A stretch of DNA of 64,000 nt from an uncultured delta proteobacterium (lineage in GTDB: Bacteria > Desulfobacterota > Binatia > Binatales > Binataceae), in the NCBI GenBank assembly GCA_963765675.1, contig CAVXXK010000001.1, positions 992,001-1,056,000 of the forward strand. The letters run 5' to 3'. Position numbers and translations under genes: made by a program. The notes beneath the pieces are model-generated. The model was not told the origin of the DNA. It saw only the letters and a program-made list of their open reading frames with translations, and ran no database searches. Positions 19,670 to 31,622 of the stretch are shown piece after piece (the first letter of the stretch is position 1; every line of letters starts with the position of its first letter).

Positions 19670-20812
19670 ATGGGATTGGTAATTGACCGCGGAGCTTTGC
19701 AGACCGCGCTCGCGATGATGCAGGGGATCGTCGAACGGCGGACAACGGTGCCAATCCTCGGGCACGTTCTTCTGGAACCCGGAAGCGGGAGTCTAAAGCT
19801 TAGCGCAACCGACCTGGAAGTCGGAATTTGCACCGAAATCGCCGCGCGCACCGCCAAGGACAAGAGCATCACGCTCAACGCGCGAAAACTTTTCGAAATC
19901 GTGCGCGAGGCTGAAGGCGACGAGGTCAAACTCGACACCTTGGACAATGATTGGGTCGAGCTAAAATGCGGGCGCGCAAAATTCAAAATGATGGGCCTCG
20001 ATCCGCGCTCGTTCCCGGCGATGCCGAGCCAGAGCACGACGAAAGCTGACGGCGCAGCGGCAAAAAAAACGCTCAAGGCGGAGCTTGGAATCGCCTCGAG
20101 CGTGCTGGCTTCGATGATCGACAAGACGGTCTTCTCCGTCAGCCCCGATGAAGCACGTTACAACTTAAGCGGCGTTTATCTCGAAGCTGCTGGTCCGGGA
20201 GGAGTCCGGATGGTCGCGACCGACGGGCATCGCCTCTCGATGGTCGAGCGGGAAGCGCCGGGCTTCAGCATGGAAGGCGGCGCAATTATCCCGCGCAAAG
20301 GTCTGCAGGAGCTGCGCAAGATTCTCGATCAGACTGGCGATCAGGACGTGAAACTTTCGCTCAACGGCCAGCTTGCTTATATGAAGCGCGGCTCGACCGA
20401 GGTTTCGATGCGGCTGGTCGAGGGCGAATTTCCCGATTATCGTGGGGTGATTCCGAAAGAATCGAAGCACGCGATCGGGGTTGATCGCGACGCGCTGTTC
20501 GCGGCGATCAAACGAGCGGCAATTTTTTCGAACGAGCGCTATCACGGCGTAAAGTTCGCGCTCACCTCTGGCACTCTGACGGTTTCGTCGACCAGTCCAG
20601 AGACGGGTGAGGCGAGCGAATCGCTCGACGTTGATTTCAGGGGCGAAGAGTTCGCGATCGGATTCAACGCGAACTATCTGCGCGATGTTCTCGGCGTGAT
20701 TCCATCGGGCAACAAGGTCGAGCTCGGACTCAGCGACGACGTAAGCCCGGGCGTCGTGAAAACCGAAGCGGACACGAAATTTACCTACGTCGTGATGCCG
20801 ATGCGCCTGTAG
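19670..20812 (+). CDS. dnaN: DNA polymerase III beta clamp
   Basis: ATDLE, VATDGHRLS, GEFPDY, FNANYL, VVMPMRL. Confidence 0.99.
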   Translation: MGLVIDRGALQTALAMMQGIVERRTTVPILGHVLLEPGSGSLKLSATDLEVGICTEIAARTAKDKSITLNARKLFEIVREAEGDEVKLDTLDNDWVELKCGRAKFKMMGLDPRSFPAMPSQSTTKADGAAAKKTLKAELGIASSVLASMIDKTVFSVSPDEARYNLSGVYLEAAGPGGVRMVATDGHRLSMVEREAPGFSMEGGAIIPRKGLQELRKILDQTGDQDVKLSLNGQLAYMKRGSTEVSMRLVEGEFPDYRGVIPKESKHAIGVDRDALFAAIKRAAIFSNERYHGVKFALTSGTLTVSSTSPETGEASESLDVDFRGEEFAIGFNANYLRDVLGVIPSGNKVELGLSDDVSPGVVKTEADTKFTYVVMPMRL

Positions 20813-20818
20813 CGCGCG

Positions 20819-22615
20819 CTAGTTTTTCAGCGGAACCCGGGAATCGGCGCCGATCTTTAGCAGTACAACTTTGTTGCGAGCCTGCTCGGTCGTTTCCCAA
20901 GGGAACGACGCTTCGTGCAGAAGCTCTGTCGCTGAAATTCCAAGTGATGGCACATCGCGGCGACGAACGATTATCCAGCGAACATCATCGTTTGCCAGCG
21001 CACTCTTCAAATCCTCCGGATGGTCGAACTCCGGCAGCGGAGCGGGCGGATTTAAATAGAATAGTGGCCCTTCGGTTCGATAAAGGACCAGATGGCTGGT
21101 GTCGCCGCCCAAAAGTTGAAGCGTTTGCAGCCCGAAAGGTTTCTCACCGCGATATGCGTCCGCTGCCGGCATCGCGAACACATAGATGTACAACATGACG
21201 CAGTAAGCAATGACTCCCATCGAGACTGCGACCCGCGCGGGTCGATAACTCCGCAGCACATAGACGATACTCACGACGCTGATGATCCAGGCGATCGCGA
21301 AGAACACTCGATCGGGCGCCGCCGGAAACAGAGCCATCTGGCCACGCAGGATCATCGAAGGCGGCAGAAGCACTACGATACCCAAAATCGTGGCGATCGC
21401 TGTCAGGCCATAACCGATCGCGAGCAGGGTCCGCGACCATCGTGATCTGAGCATATCGCCAGCCAGGATTCTTGCGACAAGCAACGCGCCAGCCGGAAGT
21501 ATCGGCAGGATGTAATAGCTGCGGCGTGATCCTGAAATCGTATAAAAAACGAAAGTCGCCCAGAAATAGACCAGAGCGAAACGATCACTACGAGCGGGCT
21601 CGATATGTTCGCGCCGGCGCTGATGCGCTTCGACCAACGCTGCCGGCAGTAGCATCGCCCACGGCGCCATGAGCGCGAAAATCACATAAACATAAAGATA
21701 GACCGGACCGCGATGGTCGAACGGATGGAAGAAGCGCACCACGTTTTCGCGCCAAACCATCTGCAGGCCCTTGTCCGAGCCCTCGACCTGCTTCGAGAAC
21801 CAGAACGGGAACGAGTAGAGCGCGATTCCGATCGCGATCGCCGGGATCGTTTTCCAGTTGAACAGCCATCGATTGCGCTCGATTACCCATCGGACGCGCG
21901 AACTGATCGCGCCGTGCCGGATAGCGTCGCCGAATACGCGCCGTCCCTCGGCGAGTGTGCAGTACAACCCAATCACCATGATTGGCAAAACGAAGCCAAG
22001 CAGCCCCTTGGTCAGCGACGTGAGCGCCATGATGATCCAGAGTCCTACGACCCACCATCCGTCCTGCCGTTCTTCAAATTTCAGAAAGAGCAACAATGCG
22101 GCGAGCTCGCCTGTGAGCGTTTCGACGTCGGCAGAGGCGTTGCGTGAAAAAAACACGAAACTGAAGCTGGTCGCCAGGATTACTCCGGCGACAATCGCGG
22201 TGCGCGAGTCGTACAGGCGCCGCGCTAGCATCATCAGGAGCGCGACACCGAGCACGCCGGCGATAGCGCATGGCAATCGTGCCGCGAGCTCGTTCATCCC
22301 GCCGGAAAGGTAGGTGGACCAGATGACGAGCCAGTAAGAGCCGAGCGGCTTGTCGTAATAGACGCGGCCGTTGATGGTCGGCCAGAAGTAGTTGTGCGTC
22401 GCCAGCATCTCTCGCGCGATCTCTGCCCACCGGAATTCCGACGACCATAGCGCGCGGGAGCCCAAGCGGGCGAAAAACAAAATCGCCGACAGCGCGAGAA
22501 TCGCGAAGAACCATCGGCGCCAAAAGGAATCGGCTGACGCGATTGGGTCACGGGGAATCGTTGGGCTGGAACTCATCGCGGGAAATTCTATCCGTCGGCG
22601 GCGCATCGCCGCCAT
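20819..22615 (-). CDS. ArnT/PMT-family (GT39/83-like) membrane glycosyltransferase
   Basis: [33 protein letters not shown]; multiple TMs; start uncertain (22576 possible). Confidence 0.9.
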   Translation of the reverse strand: MAAMRRRRIEFPAMSSSPTIPRDPIASADSFWRRWFFAILALSAILFFARLGSRALWSSEFRWAEIAREMLATHNYFWPTINGRVYYDKPLGSYWLVIWSTYLSGGMNELAARLPCAIAGVLGVALLMMLARRLYDSRTAIVAGVILATSFSFVFFSRNASADVETLTGELAALLLFLKFEERQDGWWVVGLWIIMALTSLTKGLLGFVLPIMVIGLYCTLAEGRRVFGDAIRHGAISSRVRWVIERNRWLFNWKTIPAIAIGIALYSFPFWFSKQVEGSDKGLQMVWRENVVRFFHPFDHRGPVYLYVYVIFALMAPWAMLLPAALVEAHQRRREHIEPARSDRFALVYFWATFVFYTISGSRRSYYILPILPAGALLVARILAGDMLRSRWSRTLLAIGYGLTAIATILGIVVLLPPSMILRGQMALFPAAPDRVFFAIAWIISVVSIVYVLRSYRPARVAVSMGVIAYCVMLYIYVFAMPAADAYRGEKPFGLQTLQLLGGDTSHLVLYRTEGPLFYLNPPAPLPEFDHPEDLKSALANDDVRWIIVRRRDVPSLGISATELLHEASFPWETTEQARNKVVLLKIGADSRVPLKN

Positions 22616-22723
22616 ACTGCCGCGCAGATTACGCCGACTCCGCGTGGCGCCATCGGCAGGTGCGTGCTAGCGTCGAAAAGGCGCGCACGCATCACGATCA
22701 ACCCTCAATTCGAGCTGATTCAC

Positions 22724-24817
22724 ATGAGCGAACATCACGACGACTCTGCGCATTCCGCGCGAGGCAAAGCCAATCGCCTGATTAACGAGCAGAGTCCCTA
22801 TCTGCGGCAGCATGCGCACAATCCCGTCGATTGGTATCCTTGGTGCGCCGAGGCGTTCGCGCGCGCGAAGGCCGAAAACAAACCGATCCTGCTCTCGATC
22901 GGATATTCGGCGTGCCATTGGTGCCATGTGATGGAGCGCGAGTCGTTCGAGAACGACGCGATCGCCGCGTTGATGAACGAGAATTTCGTGTCGATCAAAG
23001 TCGATCGCGAAGAGCGGCCCGACCTCGATCAGATTTACATGGACGCGGTGCAGATGATCACCGGACGCGGCGGATGGCCGCTCACCATGTTCTTGACGCC
23101 CGATGCGAAGCCATTTTTTGGCGGCACCTATTGGCCGCCCGAGGATCGGCAGGGAATGCCGGGGTTTCCCAAGGTTCTCATAGCGGTCGCTAACGCATAT
23201 CGCAACGGCGCACACGAGGTTTCGCACAACGTCGAGAAGCTGGGCGCCGCGCTTGGCGCGCTTTCAGAATACGAACCCAAAGAGGGCGAGCTGCGTCGTG
23301 ACCAAGCGGTGGTTGCCGCGCGCGCGTTGGCGGGAGCATACGACAGCGTCAACGGCGGAATCGGCGGTGCGCCGAAATTTCCCAACACCTTCGTCTTCTC
23401 GCTTTTCCTTCGCGTGTTCGACGGCGAAGGCGACGAAGCGATGGGCGAGATCGTGCGGCATACGCTCAAGAAGATGGCGCGCGGCGGAATCTATGATCAG
23501 ATTGGCGGCGGATTTCATCGCTACAGCGTTGACGAGCGATGGCTGGTGCCGCACTTCGAGAAAATGCTCTACGACAATGCGCAGCTTGCGGTGCTTTATG
23601 CCGACGCGGGGCGCGCGCTCAACGAACCCGAGTTCCTCGACGTCGCGCGCGATATCCTGAACTATATTCTGCGCGAAATGACCAGTCCCGAGGGCGGATT
23701 CTACTCGAGCCAGGACGCGGACAGCGAAGGCGTCGAGGGCAAATTCTTTGTCTGGGAACCGGAAGAAGTCGAGGACATCCTGGGCGCGGAGTTGACGGAA
23801 ATAGCCGAGCGATATTTCGATATCAGCGTCGAGGGCAACTTCGAGGGCGAGAATATCCTGCATCGCACGCTCGAAATCGGAGATGCGGCACGGATGTTTC
23901 ACAAATCCGAGGCCGAGATCGAAGCCAATTTGCGAACGATTCGCGAAAAGCTGTTTGCCGCGCGCGAAAAGCGGGTGCATCCGGGCCGCGACGACAAGAT
24001 CCTAACCGCGTGGAACGCGATGACGATCTCCGCGTTTGCGATTGGCTATCGCGCGCTTCACGAGCTGCGCTTCCTCGAAGCCGCGCAGCGTGCAGCCAAT
24101 CTGATCATGACGAAGATGTGGGACGGGCACGCGCTCAAGCGTTCGTACAAGGACGGAGCCGCGCGCTTCAACGCTTATCTCGAGGATTACGCGCTGCTCG
24201 CGGGCGCGATGATCGATCTATACGAAGCCTCGCTCGACGCGCGTTACCTCGATCATGCGCGCACGCTCGCCGCCGTCATCCTCGATCGGTTCATCGATCG
24301 CGCCAAGGGCGGCTTCTACTTCACCTCCGACGATCACGAGGCGCTCATCACGCGCAGCAAGGCGGCCTTCGACGGCTCGACGCCTTCGGGCAATAGCGCG
24401 GCGGTAACGGCCCTTCTGCGGCTTTTCGAGTACACCGGCGAGGACCAGTACCGAATCGAGGCCGAGCGGGCTCTGAAGCTGTTTCGCGAGTTTATTGAGA
24501 AGCAGCCGTTTGGATTTTCGCACATGCTCGAGGCGGTCGATCTGTATCATCGCGGCGCAACTGAGGTTGTGATCGTGGGCGAGCGAGATTCGCCGGAGTT
24601 TCGCGAATGGGTCGAGCGTTTGGGTTTGCTCTACGTTCCGAATCTCGCGATCTTCGCCGCCGATCCGTCGGCTGCGTCTGCGTCGGGTTTTTTGCCCGAG
24701 CAGATTCGCGGAAAGAAGCAGGTTAACGGCAAGATCACCGCGTACGTCTGCCGCGATCGCACCTGCACAACGCCGATAACGGAATTCAAGGCGCTGGAGA
24801 GCGAACTGCTCGGGTGA
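22724..24817 (+). CDS. YyaL/SPATA20-like thioredoxin-domain protein
   Basis: [50 protein letters not shown]. Confidence 0.95.
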   Translation: MSEHHDDSAHSARGKANRLINEQSPYLRQHAHNPVDWYPWCAEAFARAKAENKPILLSIGYSACHWCHVMERESFENDAIAALMNENFVSIKVDREERPDLDQIYMDAVQMITGRGGWPLTMFLTPDAKPFFGGTYWPPEDRQGMPGFPKVLIAVANAYRNGAHEVSHNVEKLGAALGALSEYEPKEGELRRDQAVVAARALAGAYDSVNGGIGGAPKFPNTFVFSLFLRVFDGEGDEAMGEIVRHTLKKMARGGIYDQIGGGFHRYSVDERWLVPHFEKMLYDNAQLAVLYADAGRALNEPEFLDVARDILNYILREMTSPEGGFYSSQDADSEGVEGKFFVWEPEEVEDILGAELTEIAERYFDISVEGNFEGENILHRTLEIGDAARMFHKSEAEIEANLRTIREKLFAAREKRVHPGRDDKILTAWNAMTISAFAIGYRALHELRFLEAAQRAANLIMTKMWDGHALKRSYKDGAARFNAYLEDYALLAGAMIDLYEASLDARYLDHARTLAAVILDRFIDRAKGGFYFTSDDHEALITRSKAAFDGSTPSGNSAAVTALLRLFEYTGEDQYRIEAERALKLFREFIEKQPFGFSHMLEAVDLYHRGATEVVIVGERDSPEFREWVERLGLLYVPNLAIFAADPSAASASGFLPEQIRGKKQVNGKITAYVCRDRTCTTPITEFKALESELLG

Positions 24818-24830
24818 TCGGATTTTCACT

Positions 24831-25754
24831 GTGACCCTCGAGCATCCGTATGCGCCCATCGTTCGCAATCAGCCCTCGCGGAAAAGAAGCGGACCGATCC
24901 GCGCGGTCGCGTTCAACGCCGCAGGAGGGGCCCGCGTCGAGGAAATTGCACGGTGCCTCTCGCTTCCTCCTCTCAAAGACGCGTCGATAGTCCTGCTTTG
25001 CGAAGCCGATTGGCGCACCGCGCGCTCCGGGCGGCGCGAAGTCGCATCGGAGCTGGCCTCGATGCTCGGGATGAGCATGGCCTATCTGCCGGAGTTCACC
25101 CGGCCGATTGGCGGCGCGCACTCGAATGACCGCGCATGCATGGGCAACGCGATCCTCTCGACGGCGCCGCTAGAGGACATTCGTGCGATCGCGATGCCCG
25201 ATCCTCATCCGGAAAGCGCCAAGAGCCTGCGCCGCGACTACGTCGGCGGCTTTGCGGGTCTTGCGGCGCGCGCGACGTTCGCAACCGAATCGATCTGGAT
25301 CGGCGTCGCGCATTTGCACAGCCGATGCGCTCCTGCGGGACGCGCGGCGCAGATGGCGGCCTATCTGAACGACTTTCCTAAGAATGGTCCTGCGATTTTC
25401 GGCGGCGATCTGAATTCCACGACCGCGGAGCTGATGCGTCCGGCGTCATTCGCGCGTGTATTCGCGACGATGCTGCTAAATCCGCGGCGATTCAAGAATC
25501 CGCAGAGTTACGAGCCGATGTTCGCGAATCTGGCGGCGGCGGGATTCGAGGTCGACGGCGCGAACGCGCTCGGCCGTCCGACGTTCACGTTTTCGCGCGC
25601 AATTCCCTCGATATTTCGTCCGCGGCTGGACTGGATCGCCCTGCGCGGTGTGTGTCCGGTACCGGATAGCGCGCAGGTCGTCGCGGCGCGGAGATCATTC
25701 GGGCCGCGGCGATTTTCGGATCACGACTTTATCACCGTGGCGATGGAAATTTAG
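24831..25754 (+). CDS. Endonuclease/exonuclease/phosphatase family protein
   Basis: LLCEAD, GNAILS, HLHS, GGDLN, LDWI, SDH. Confidence 0.85.
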   Translation: MTLEHPYAPIVRNQPSRKRSGPIRAVAFNAAGGARVEEIARCLSLPPLKDASIVLLCEADWRTARSGRREVASELASMLGMSMAYLPEFTRPIGGAHSNDRACMGNAILSTAPLEDIRAIAMPDPHPESAKSLRRDYVGGFAGLAARATFATESIWIGVAHLHSRCAPAGRAAQMAAYLNDFPKNGPAIFGGDLNSTTAELMRPASFARVFATMLLNPRRFKNPQSYEPMFANLAAAGFEVDGANALGRPTFTFSRAIPSIFRPRLDWIALRGVCPVPDSAQVVAARRSFGPRRFSDHDFITVAMEI

Positions 25755-25825
25755 CCGGGCCACGAGCGCTTGGGCGCTGTGGGCTCGATCACCTACAATT
25801 GCGCGCGCTCCGGAGGTCAGTCGCT

Positions 25826-26926
25826 ATGGCTTCAACATTTGACGGACTCGGCATGCATCTCGGCACATTGTCGCGCCTCTCGAACGCGGAGTCGCGCTCG
25901 ATAAGTCCCGAGAATCCGACGGGCGAAAAAGGCAAAGGCGCGATGGCCGAGCCGGATCTCGCGACCAGCCCGGCGCGCAGTCTCGGGCGCGGATGGAAAG
26001 TGCGGCCGTACATCATTATCCAGCCTGGTGAGACCGCGACGCTTGCGGATATCGCGGGGCAGGGGGCGATCCAGCAAATCTGGATGACGCCGACGGGTCC
26101 GTGGCGCGCGTCGATTCTGCGGATCTACTGGGATAACGCGGCCGCGCCCGCGGTCGAATGTCCGGTGGGAGATTTTTTTGCCTGCGGATGGAATCGCTAT
26201 GCGCAAATCTCCTCGCTCGCGGTGTGCGTCAACCCCGGCAGCGCGTTCAATTGCTACTGGGAGATGCCGTTTCGGAACCGCGCGCGAATCACGATGACCA
26301 ATATCGGCGCGGCGCCGATGATCCTGTTTTATCAAATCAACTACACGCTGACCGAGGTGCCTGCCGACGCCGCCTGTTTTCACGCGCAGTTCCGGCGCGT
26401 TAATCCATTGCCGGAAAAAGAAGTCGTTACGATCCTCGACGGCGTGCGGGGACACGGACATTACGTCGGCACCTACCTCGCGTGGGGCGTGCATAACAAC
26501 GGATGGTGGGGCGAGGGCGAGATCAAATTTTTTCTTGACGGCGACGGCGAGTTCCCGACGATCTGCGGCACCGGCACGGAAGATTATTTTGGCGGGTCAT
26601 ATAATTTCGACGTCGGCCGCGAAAATGGCGGCTACCGCGAATTTACGACGCCATACTCGGGGCTGGCGCAGGTGATTCGTCCCGACGGGCTTTACCAATC
26701 GCAGATGCGATTCGGGATGTACCGATGGCATATCGGCGATCCGGTACGGTTCCAGCGCGAGCTTCGTGTGACGATCCAGGCGCTCGGATGGAAAGGCGAC
26801 CCGCGCAAGGGCGCCGAGTTCCTGCTGCTGCGCGACGATATCGCCTCGGTCGCCTACTGGTATCAAACACTACCCGCCGCGCCGTTCCCGGCGCTACCAT
26901 CGGCGGACGCACTGCGCATCGACTGA
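25826..26926 (+). CDS. DUF2961 / glycoside hydrolase family 172 protein
   Basis: SRSISPENPTGEKG, CPVGDFF, WWGEGEIKFF, GTGTEDYF, SVAYWYQ. Confidence 0.92.
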   Translation: MASTFDGLGMHLGTLSRLSNAESRSISPENPTGEKGKGAMAEPDLATSPARSLGRGWKVRPYIIIQPGETATLADIAGQGAIQQIWMTPTGPWRASILRIYWDNAAAPAVECPVGDFFACGWNRYAQISSLAVCVNPGSAFNCYWEMPFRNRARITMTNIGAAPMILFYQINYTLTEVPADAACFHAQFRRVNPLPEKEVVTILDGVRGHGHYVGTYLAWGVHNNGWWGEGEIKFFLDGDGEFPTICGTGTEDYFGGSYNFDVGRENGGYREFTTPYSGLAQVIRPDGLYQSQMRFGMYRWHIGDPVRFQRELRVTIQALGWKGDPRKGAEFLLLRDDIASVAYWYQTLPAAPFPALPSADALRID

Positions 26927-26945
26927 AGCGCGTCGCAGGTGGCAA

Positions 26946-27227
26946 CTATGCTGCTTGCAGCTTGATGATGGGACGCGAGTGGGTTGCCTTTGCGAATTTG
27001 AGAAGCGTATTCACGCTGGGCATCTGAGCGCCGCTCTCGAGCCGGGCAATCGCCGATTGCGTCGTACCCATACGGTCTGCCAATTCCGTCTGCGTCAATC
27101 CTGCCCGCAGACGAGCGCCGATCAATTCATGCGCGAGGCTGAATTCGTCGCCCAGCGCGTCATAGGCGACGCGGACAGTGCGGTCGGAGAGCATCTTCGT
27201 TTTGATTGAATGGAAACTCTTCTTCAC
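26946..27227 (-). CDS. XRE-family HTH antitoxin (HigA-like)
   Basis: ARLRAGLTQTELADRMGTTQSAIARLESG. Confidence 0.92.
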   Translation of the reverse strand: MKKSFHSIKTKMLSDRTVRVAYDALGDEFSLAHELIGARLRAGLTQTELADRMGTTQSAIARLESGAQMPSVNTLLKFAKATHSRPIIKLQAA

Positions 27228-27363
27228 GGCACGATCTCCTTGCTGCGGCTGAGCGCTATTTCGATAGCGTGTCGGGGCGTCTTTTGCGTCTTCTTCACAA
27301 AGGCGTGAAGCATCATTAAGCGTTGCCCTGACGCTGCCGTGTAAATGACACGACCGATACCGG
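27224..27363 (-). pseudogene. C-terminal half of a RelE/Gp49-type toxin
   Basis: TGIGRVIYTAASGQRLMMLHAFVKKTQKTPRHAIEIALSRSKEIVP*; stop overlaps the antitoxin GTG; in-frame TAG a few codons upstream. Confidence 0.85.
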
Positions 27364-27370
27364 TTGTAAT

Positions 27371-27386
27371 ATAGCAGATTTGCTAT
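27371..27386. promoter_or_regulatory. Palindromic operator of the TA promoter
   Basis: ATAGCA-gatt-TGCTAT overlapping a TATATT -10-like box on the minus strand. Confidence 0.55.
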
Positions 27387-27455
27387 GTAGGGAAGGTCGT
27401 TTCCAGCGCGAAGCGCAGCTTTACTTGCGCGCTACGCTTCGGTTGAACTTGTGCG

Positions 27456-28037
27456 ATGATTGCTGACCGATTTGTAGTGATACTCGTCCGACATGCGGAG
27501 CCGGTGTTGCCGGGAACGGCTGGCTATGGCGAGGATGATCGTCCCCTGACGGCGGCTGGTTTCGCTGCGGCTGAGCGGTTGGCCGAGGCGCTTGCGGCCG
27601 AAGGTCCCGTTGCGATCTATTCGAGTCCTTACCTGCGTGCCCGGCAGACTGTCGAGCCGCTCGCGCGGTTGCGAGGACTCGTCATCGAGGAAATCGCAGA
27701 TCTGCGAGAGCGACAGCTGTCCGCGGACGCATTGCCGAATTGGCGCGAGGAGCTCAGGCGCTCGTGGAGCGACTTCGCGCACGCCGCGCCGGGCGGTGAG
27801 AGTGGTGCGGCCGCGCAGACTCGTGCGCTTGCGGTGCTCGAACAGATACGTGAGCGCAATCGCACTGGCACCGTCGTAGTCGCGAGTCATGGCAATCTGA
27901 TCGCGCTTGCCCTGAACGCCTTTGTACCTTCGATTGGGTTCGATTTCTGGGCGGCAATTCCGTTGCCGGCGGTTTACCGGCTCGAGTTTGCGCAGAATCG
28001 AGTTGGGGTCACGGGTCCAGGATTACCGGCTCACTGA
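27456..28037 (+). CDS. Histidine phosphatase family protein
   Basis: LVRHA, SSPYLRARQT, LRE, GES, SHG. Confidence 0.92.
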   Translation: MIADRFVVILVRHAEPVLPGTAGYGEDDRPLTAAGFAAAERLAEALAAEGPVAIYSSPYLRARQTVEPLARLRGLVIEEIADLRERQLSADALPNWREELRRSWSDFAHAAPGGESGAAAQTRALAVLEQIRERNRTGTVVVASHGNLIALALNAFVPSIGFDFWAAIPLPAVYRLEFAQNRVGVTGPGLPAH

Positions 28038-28646
28038 ATCATTCAGGGAAGACGTTGCGAACGGAGTCGTTGGCATCCCGGCGGCGGCGTCGCGAAGCGC
28101 TTGCTCTACGATTCCCGCGTCCGGAATTCCGATCAGAAAATAATGCTCGACACCGGAGGCCGGGCTGCGCTGGATCGACGGATTCGCGAACAGCATCAGG
28201 TTATTGCTGAAGAAAGATCCGGGCGAACCGCGGTAGATCTCGACGGTAGTGCCCAGGCGCACGAAACCGAGTTTCGCGCCGCGAAAATCATCGAGCGCAA
28301 AATCGTATACGCTGTGACGCGGCAGGTTGGATACAACAATTACGCGGCGATTAGTCAGTCCGTAGTAGGTATTGACTACGTACGCGCCGAACAGGACCGA
28401 ATCGACCAGGATCACCGCGGCGAGCGCCCACAGAGCCGCCGAGCCCGGCTTAAGTCCAAGCGGCATCGCGAGCTTAAAGGCAGGAGTGTCGGTTATACCG
28501 TGAATGCCGATCGCGGCAACGATGCATAGCGCGACCAGGGCAATGCGGATGAAAAATCGCGAGGTGCCGTCGGGCTGCGCGCACCAGAGCATCTCTTCGC
28601 CGGGCTGAAGCTCGGCCGCGATAACGGAATCAGCTTGTGATGCCAT
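28023..28646 (-). CDS. Membrane protein with bacterial PH-like C-terminus
   Basis: ELQPGEEMLWCAQP, two TMs, YGLTNRRVIV. Confidence 0.7.
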   Translation of the reverse strand: MASQADSVIAAELQPGEEMLWCAQPDGTSRFFIRIALVALCIVAAIGIHGITDTPAFKLAMPLGLKPGSAALWALAAVILVDSVLFGAYVVNTYYGLTNRRVIVVSNLPRHSVYDFALDDFRGAKLGFVRLGTTVEIYRGSPGSFFSNNLMLFANPSIQRSPASGVEHYFLIGIPDAGIVEQALRDAAAGMPTTPFATSSLNDSVSR

Positions 28647-28770
28647 CGTCTTCCCTCCCCGCATGCCCCTCGCAGAGGAGAGCATCCGCGCTCGCGCCGG
28701 TATTGGCAAGGACGAGCGCCCACGAGACCTCATTCGTGAATTCGACCGCAGGGGGAAAGGCAGAGCAGCA

Positions 28771-28932
28771 CCCTCACCCACGCGTCACGATGCTTGCGAA
28801 AGAAGCGCAAGCATCGCGCCGCGTCGCCCTCTCCCGAAGGGAGAGGGTATTTCAGATTGCAAACCACGACGTCCCGCGCGTGCAGATTCCCTCTCCCTAC
28901 GGGAGAGGGTGCCGCGAAGCGGCGGGCGAGGG
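28771..28932. repeat. Inverted pair of CCCTCACCC...CCCTCTCCC-N3-GGGAGAGGG REP-like elements
   Basis: Units at 28771-28848 and 28889-28932 in opposite orientation. Confidence 0.8.
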
Positions 28933-29012
28933 TGCTGCTCTGCGGCTTTCGATCTGGTAGCTGTGCAAAGTCCTCCGGAGCCAGGGGGTCCAGAACTCGC
29001 GATACTTTGAAA

Positions 29013-31329
29013 TCAGCGGATGATTCGCGATTGATGGAGTGCTGCGATTTTCGCGGCGTCGTAGCCCAGGTACTCGCGGAGAATTTCATCGGTGTGTTGG
29101 CCGAGGAGCGGAGCGGCACGTTCGATTCTTCCTTCGGTTGCGGAAAATTTGGTTAGCATCCCGGTCTGGCGGACTTTGCCGAATTCGGGATGCGTCACCT
29201 CCGCGATCAATTCGTTGGCCGCGATCTGCGGGTCGTCGAACATCTCCTTGAAGTGGCGCACCGGCACGACGGGAACACCGGCAATGCGCAATTGCTCGAC
29301 GATTGCGGTGCGCGGATGGAGCGCAAAAGCGCTTTCGAGCGCGGTGGCGAAGCGGCTATCGGCCGCTTCGGCGCGTGCTGTGTTCCAATCGAGTGCGGGA
29401 ATGGCGGGCATCGCGCCGCGCAGCGCCAGCCACTGCGCGGATTTATCGATCGCAATGAATAGCCATTCGCCGTCCTTGCAGGAGTAGGCGCGCGAGAGCG
29501 CCGTGCTTCCACGGCGTTCCGGGTCGCCGTTTTCGAGGTCCGGGCGCCCCGCATAGAAAATGAACTCACCCGCTTGCAGAGCCATCGCAGCTTGCAGCAG
29601 CGAAGTTTCGCAGAACTGGCCGCGACCGGTCTTCTGGCGCGCGCGCAGCGCTGTCACGCATCCCAGGGCCGAGATCATCGCGCCGCCATAATCGCAGATC
29701 GCGCAGGTAAGATAGACCGGATGCGCGTGCGGGCCGCCCTGCGCCGCCATCACGCCCGAGCGCGCCTGCAATAGCGGATCGAAGCCCGGCTGATTGTGTT
29801 CGGGCCCGCGGTTTCCGAAACCGTTGACCGACATATAGATGAGGCGCGGATTGATAGCGGCGAGAGTTTTATAGTCGTAGCCGAAACGCTGCATCCGGCC
29901 CGGGCGCAGGTTCTCGACCAGCACGTCGGCGCGCGCGGCGAGTTGGTGGATAATCTCGCGGCCTTCGGGTTTCGTCAGATCGACCGCCAGCCCGCGTTTG
30001 CCCTGGTTCCATCCGAGAAAGCCGAAGCCGAAATGGCGAAACGAATCGCCTTCGAGGCTTTCGATCTTGATCACCTGTGCGCCGAGTTGCGCGAGGATCA
30101 TAGGGCCGTAGGAACCGGCGATGTAGCTCGCGAAATCGAGCACGAGAATTCCGTCGAGAGGACCTTTGCCTGAGCGTGGGGACGACATCGGCGCCGCGAC
30201 GCTCGCGCGAGGTTCCGCGAGCCACTCAGTTGCGATGCGTTCGTCACCAACTGCTGGGGCCGGACCTGCGATTTCGCCGGGCGTGTCGTTGAGGAAAAAT
30301 GGCAAGCCCATCTGAACGGTTGCGCCGAGCGTGGGATCGGCGATCTCCTGGCGCATCCCGAGCGCCCGCGTCTGCTCCCATTCGATAAATTCCTGCCGGG
30401 TCATCACGGGGGCGCTGGGAACGTCGGCCTCGCGCAGGATACGCAGCCATTCGGCGCGCGGGCGGGTGCGGATGATTGGCTCGATGATATCCTTGAGCTC
30501 CTGCCAGTGCGCGCTCGGAATTCCCCACGGTGCGTTCTCGAAGCGCTCATCGGCGACCAGGTCCGGGCGCTCGATCGCGATCGCAAATTTGCCCCAGAAG
30601 GTCGCGTTGCCGCATGCGGCGAAGAAGAATTTTTCGTCGCTCGACTGGAACAGCCGGTAAACCGGAATCGGTCCGAGCGGATCCTGCGGACCGTGATAGA
30701 GGCGGGTCAGCGACTCGTGATACAGGATGCCGCCGGTTTGGAGGGAAAACGCGCCCGCCAGCATCGAGGCCTCGACCGCTTGTCCCGCGGCCCCGTCGGC
30801 GCGCGCGTAGAGCGCCGCCGTTGCACCAATCGCCGCCATCAGGCCCGCGGAATAGCTCGCCGCCGGAAACACCAGCGCGACCGGATTCGAGCTTCGCGCC
30901 CACTGGCTGCCGGTGATACCGCCGAAGGCAGCAACCAGGTCGTCATTCGCGTCGAAGTTGGCGAGGGGTCCGCGGCTGCCGAAGGGCGGAACGTTGACCA
31001 CGATCGCGCGCGGATTGATCTCGCGAATCGATTCGTAGCTGAGGCCGAGCGCGGCGAGGCGCGAGACAGTGGCGCCGGTGACGACGATATCCGCCCACCT
31101 GAGAAGCTCCGCCATACGAGGTTTGTTCGCCGGGGTCGGCGGCGTCGAAGAACAACGCGCGTTTGGAGCGGTTGAGGAGATGAAAGCGCGGTGAGCTGCG
31201 ATGTTCCGCGCCGCCAGGCGGTTCGACTTTGATCGTGCGTGCGCCCTGCTCGGCCAAAATCCATGCGGCATATTCCGCGCCCAGGTTGGAATCGAGTTCG
31301 AGAACGTTAACTCCGTCTAGCGCTTTCAT
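29013..31329 (-). CDS. Double-domain CaiB/BaiF (family III) CoA transferase, +1 frameshift near 31133
   Basis: MKALDGVNVLEL..IKVEPPGG..LNRSKR and a second domain PLDGILVLDF..WNQGKR..ENLRPG..APLLGQHT; removing one base of gggg (31132-31135) joins the frames. Confidence 0.9.
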
Positions 31330-31622
31330 CGCGAGCCTCGAAGAAAAAATCGCGCCGCATCGCGCGGCTTGGTCGTGCGGCAATTGTGGTTGAGCACAGC
31401 GCAGAAATGCAAACGGCTCAGATCGTTAGGTAATTTTGGCGGGAAGTCAGAAGAATCCGTGCGAATTCAAGTACGGGCAACCGCACGTTAATTCGCCCGT
31501 AACTTTCGCGGCTTACGTTCGACCCGCCGCGCATTGGTTTGCGACGGCCAAAACCTGACCGGAGGGGATTACTAAAAAGGATACGCGGCCAGGAACTCGC
31601 ACTAGGTAATGGGAGAAATGCG

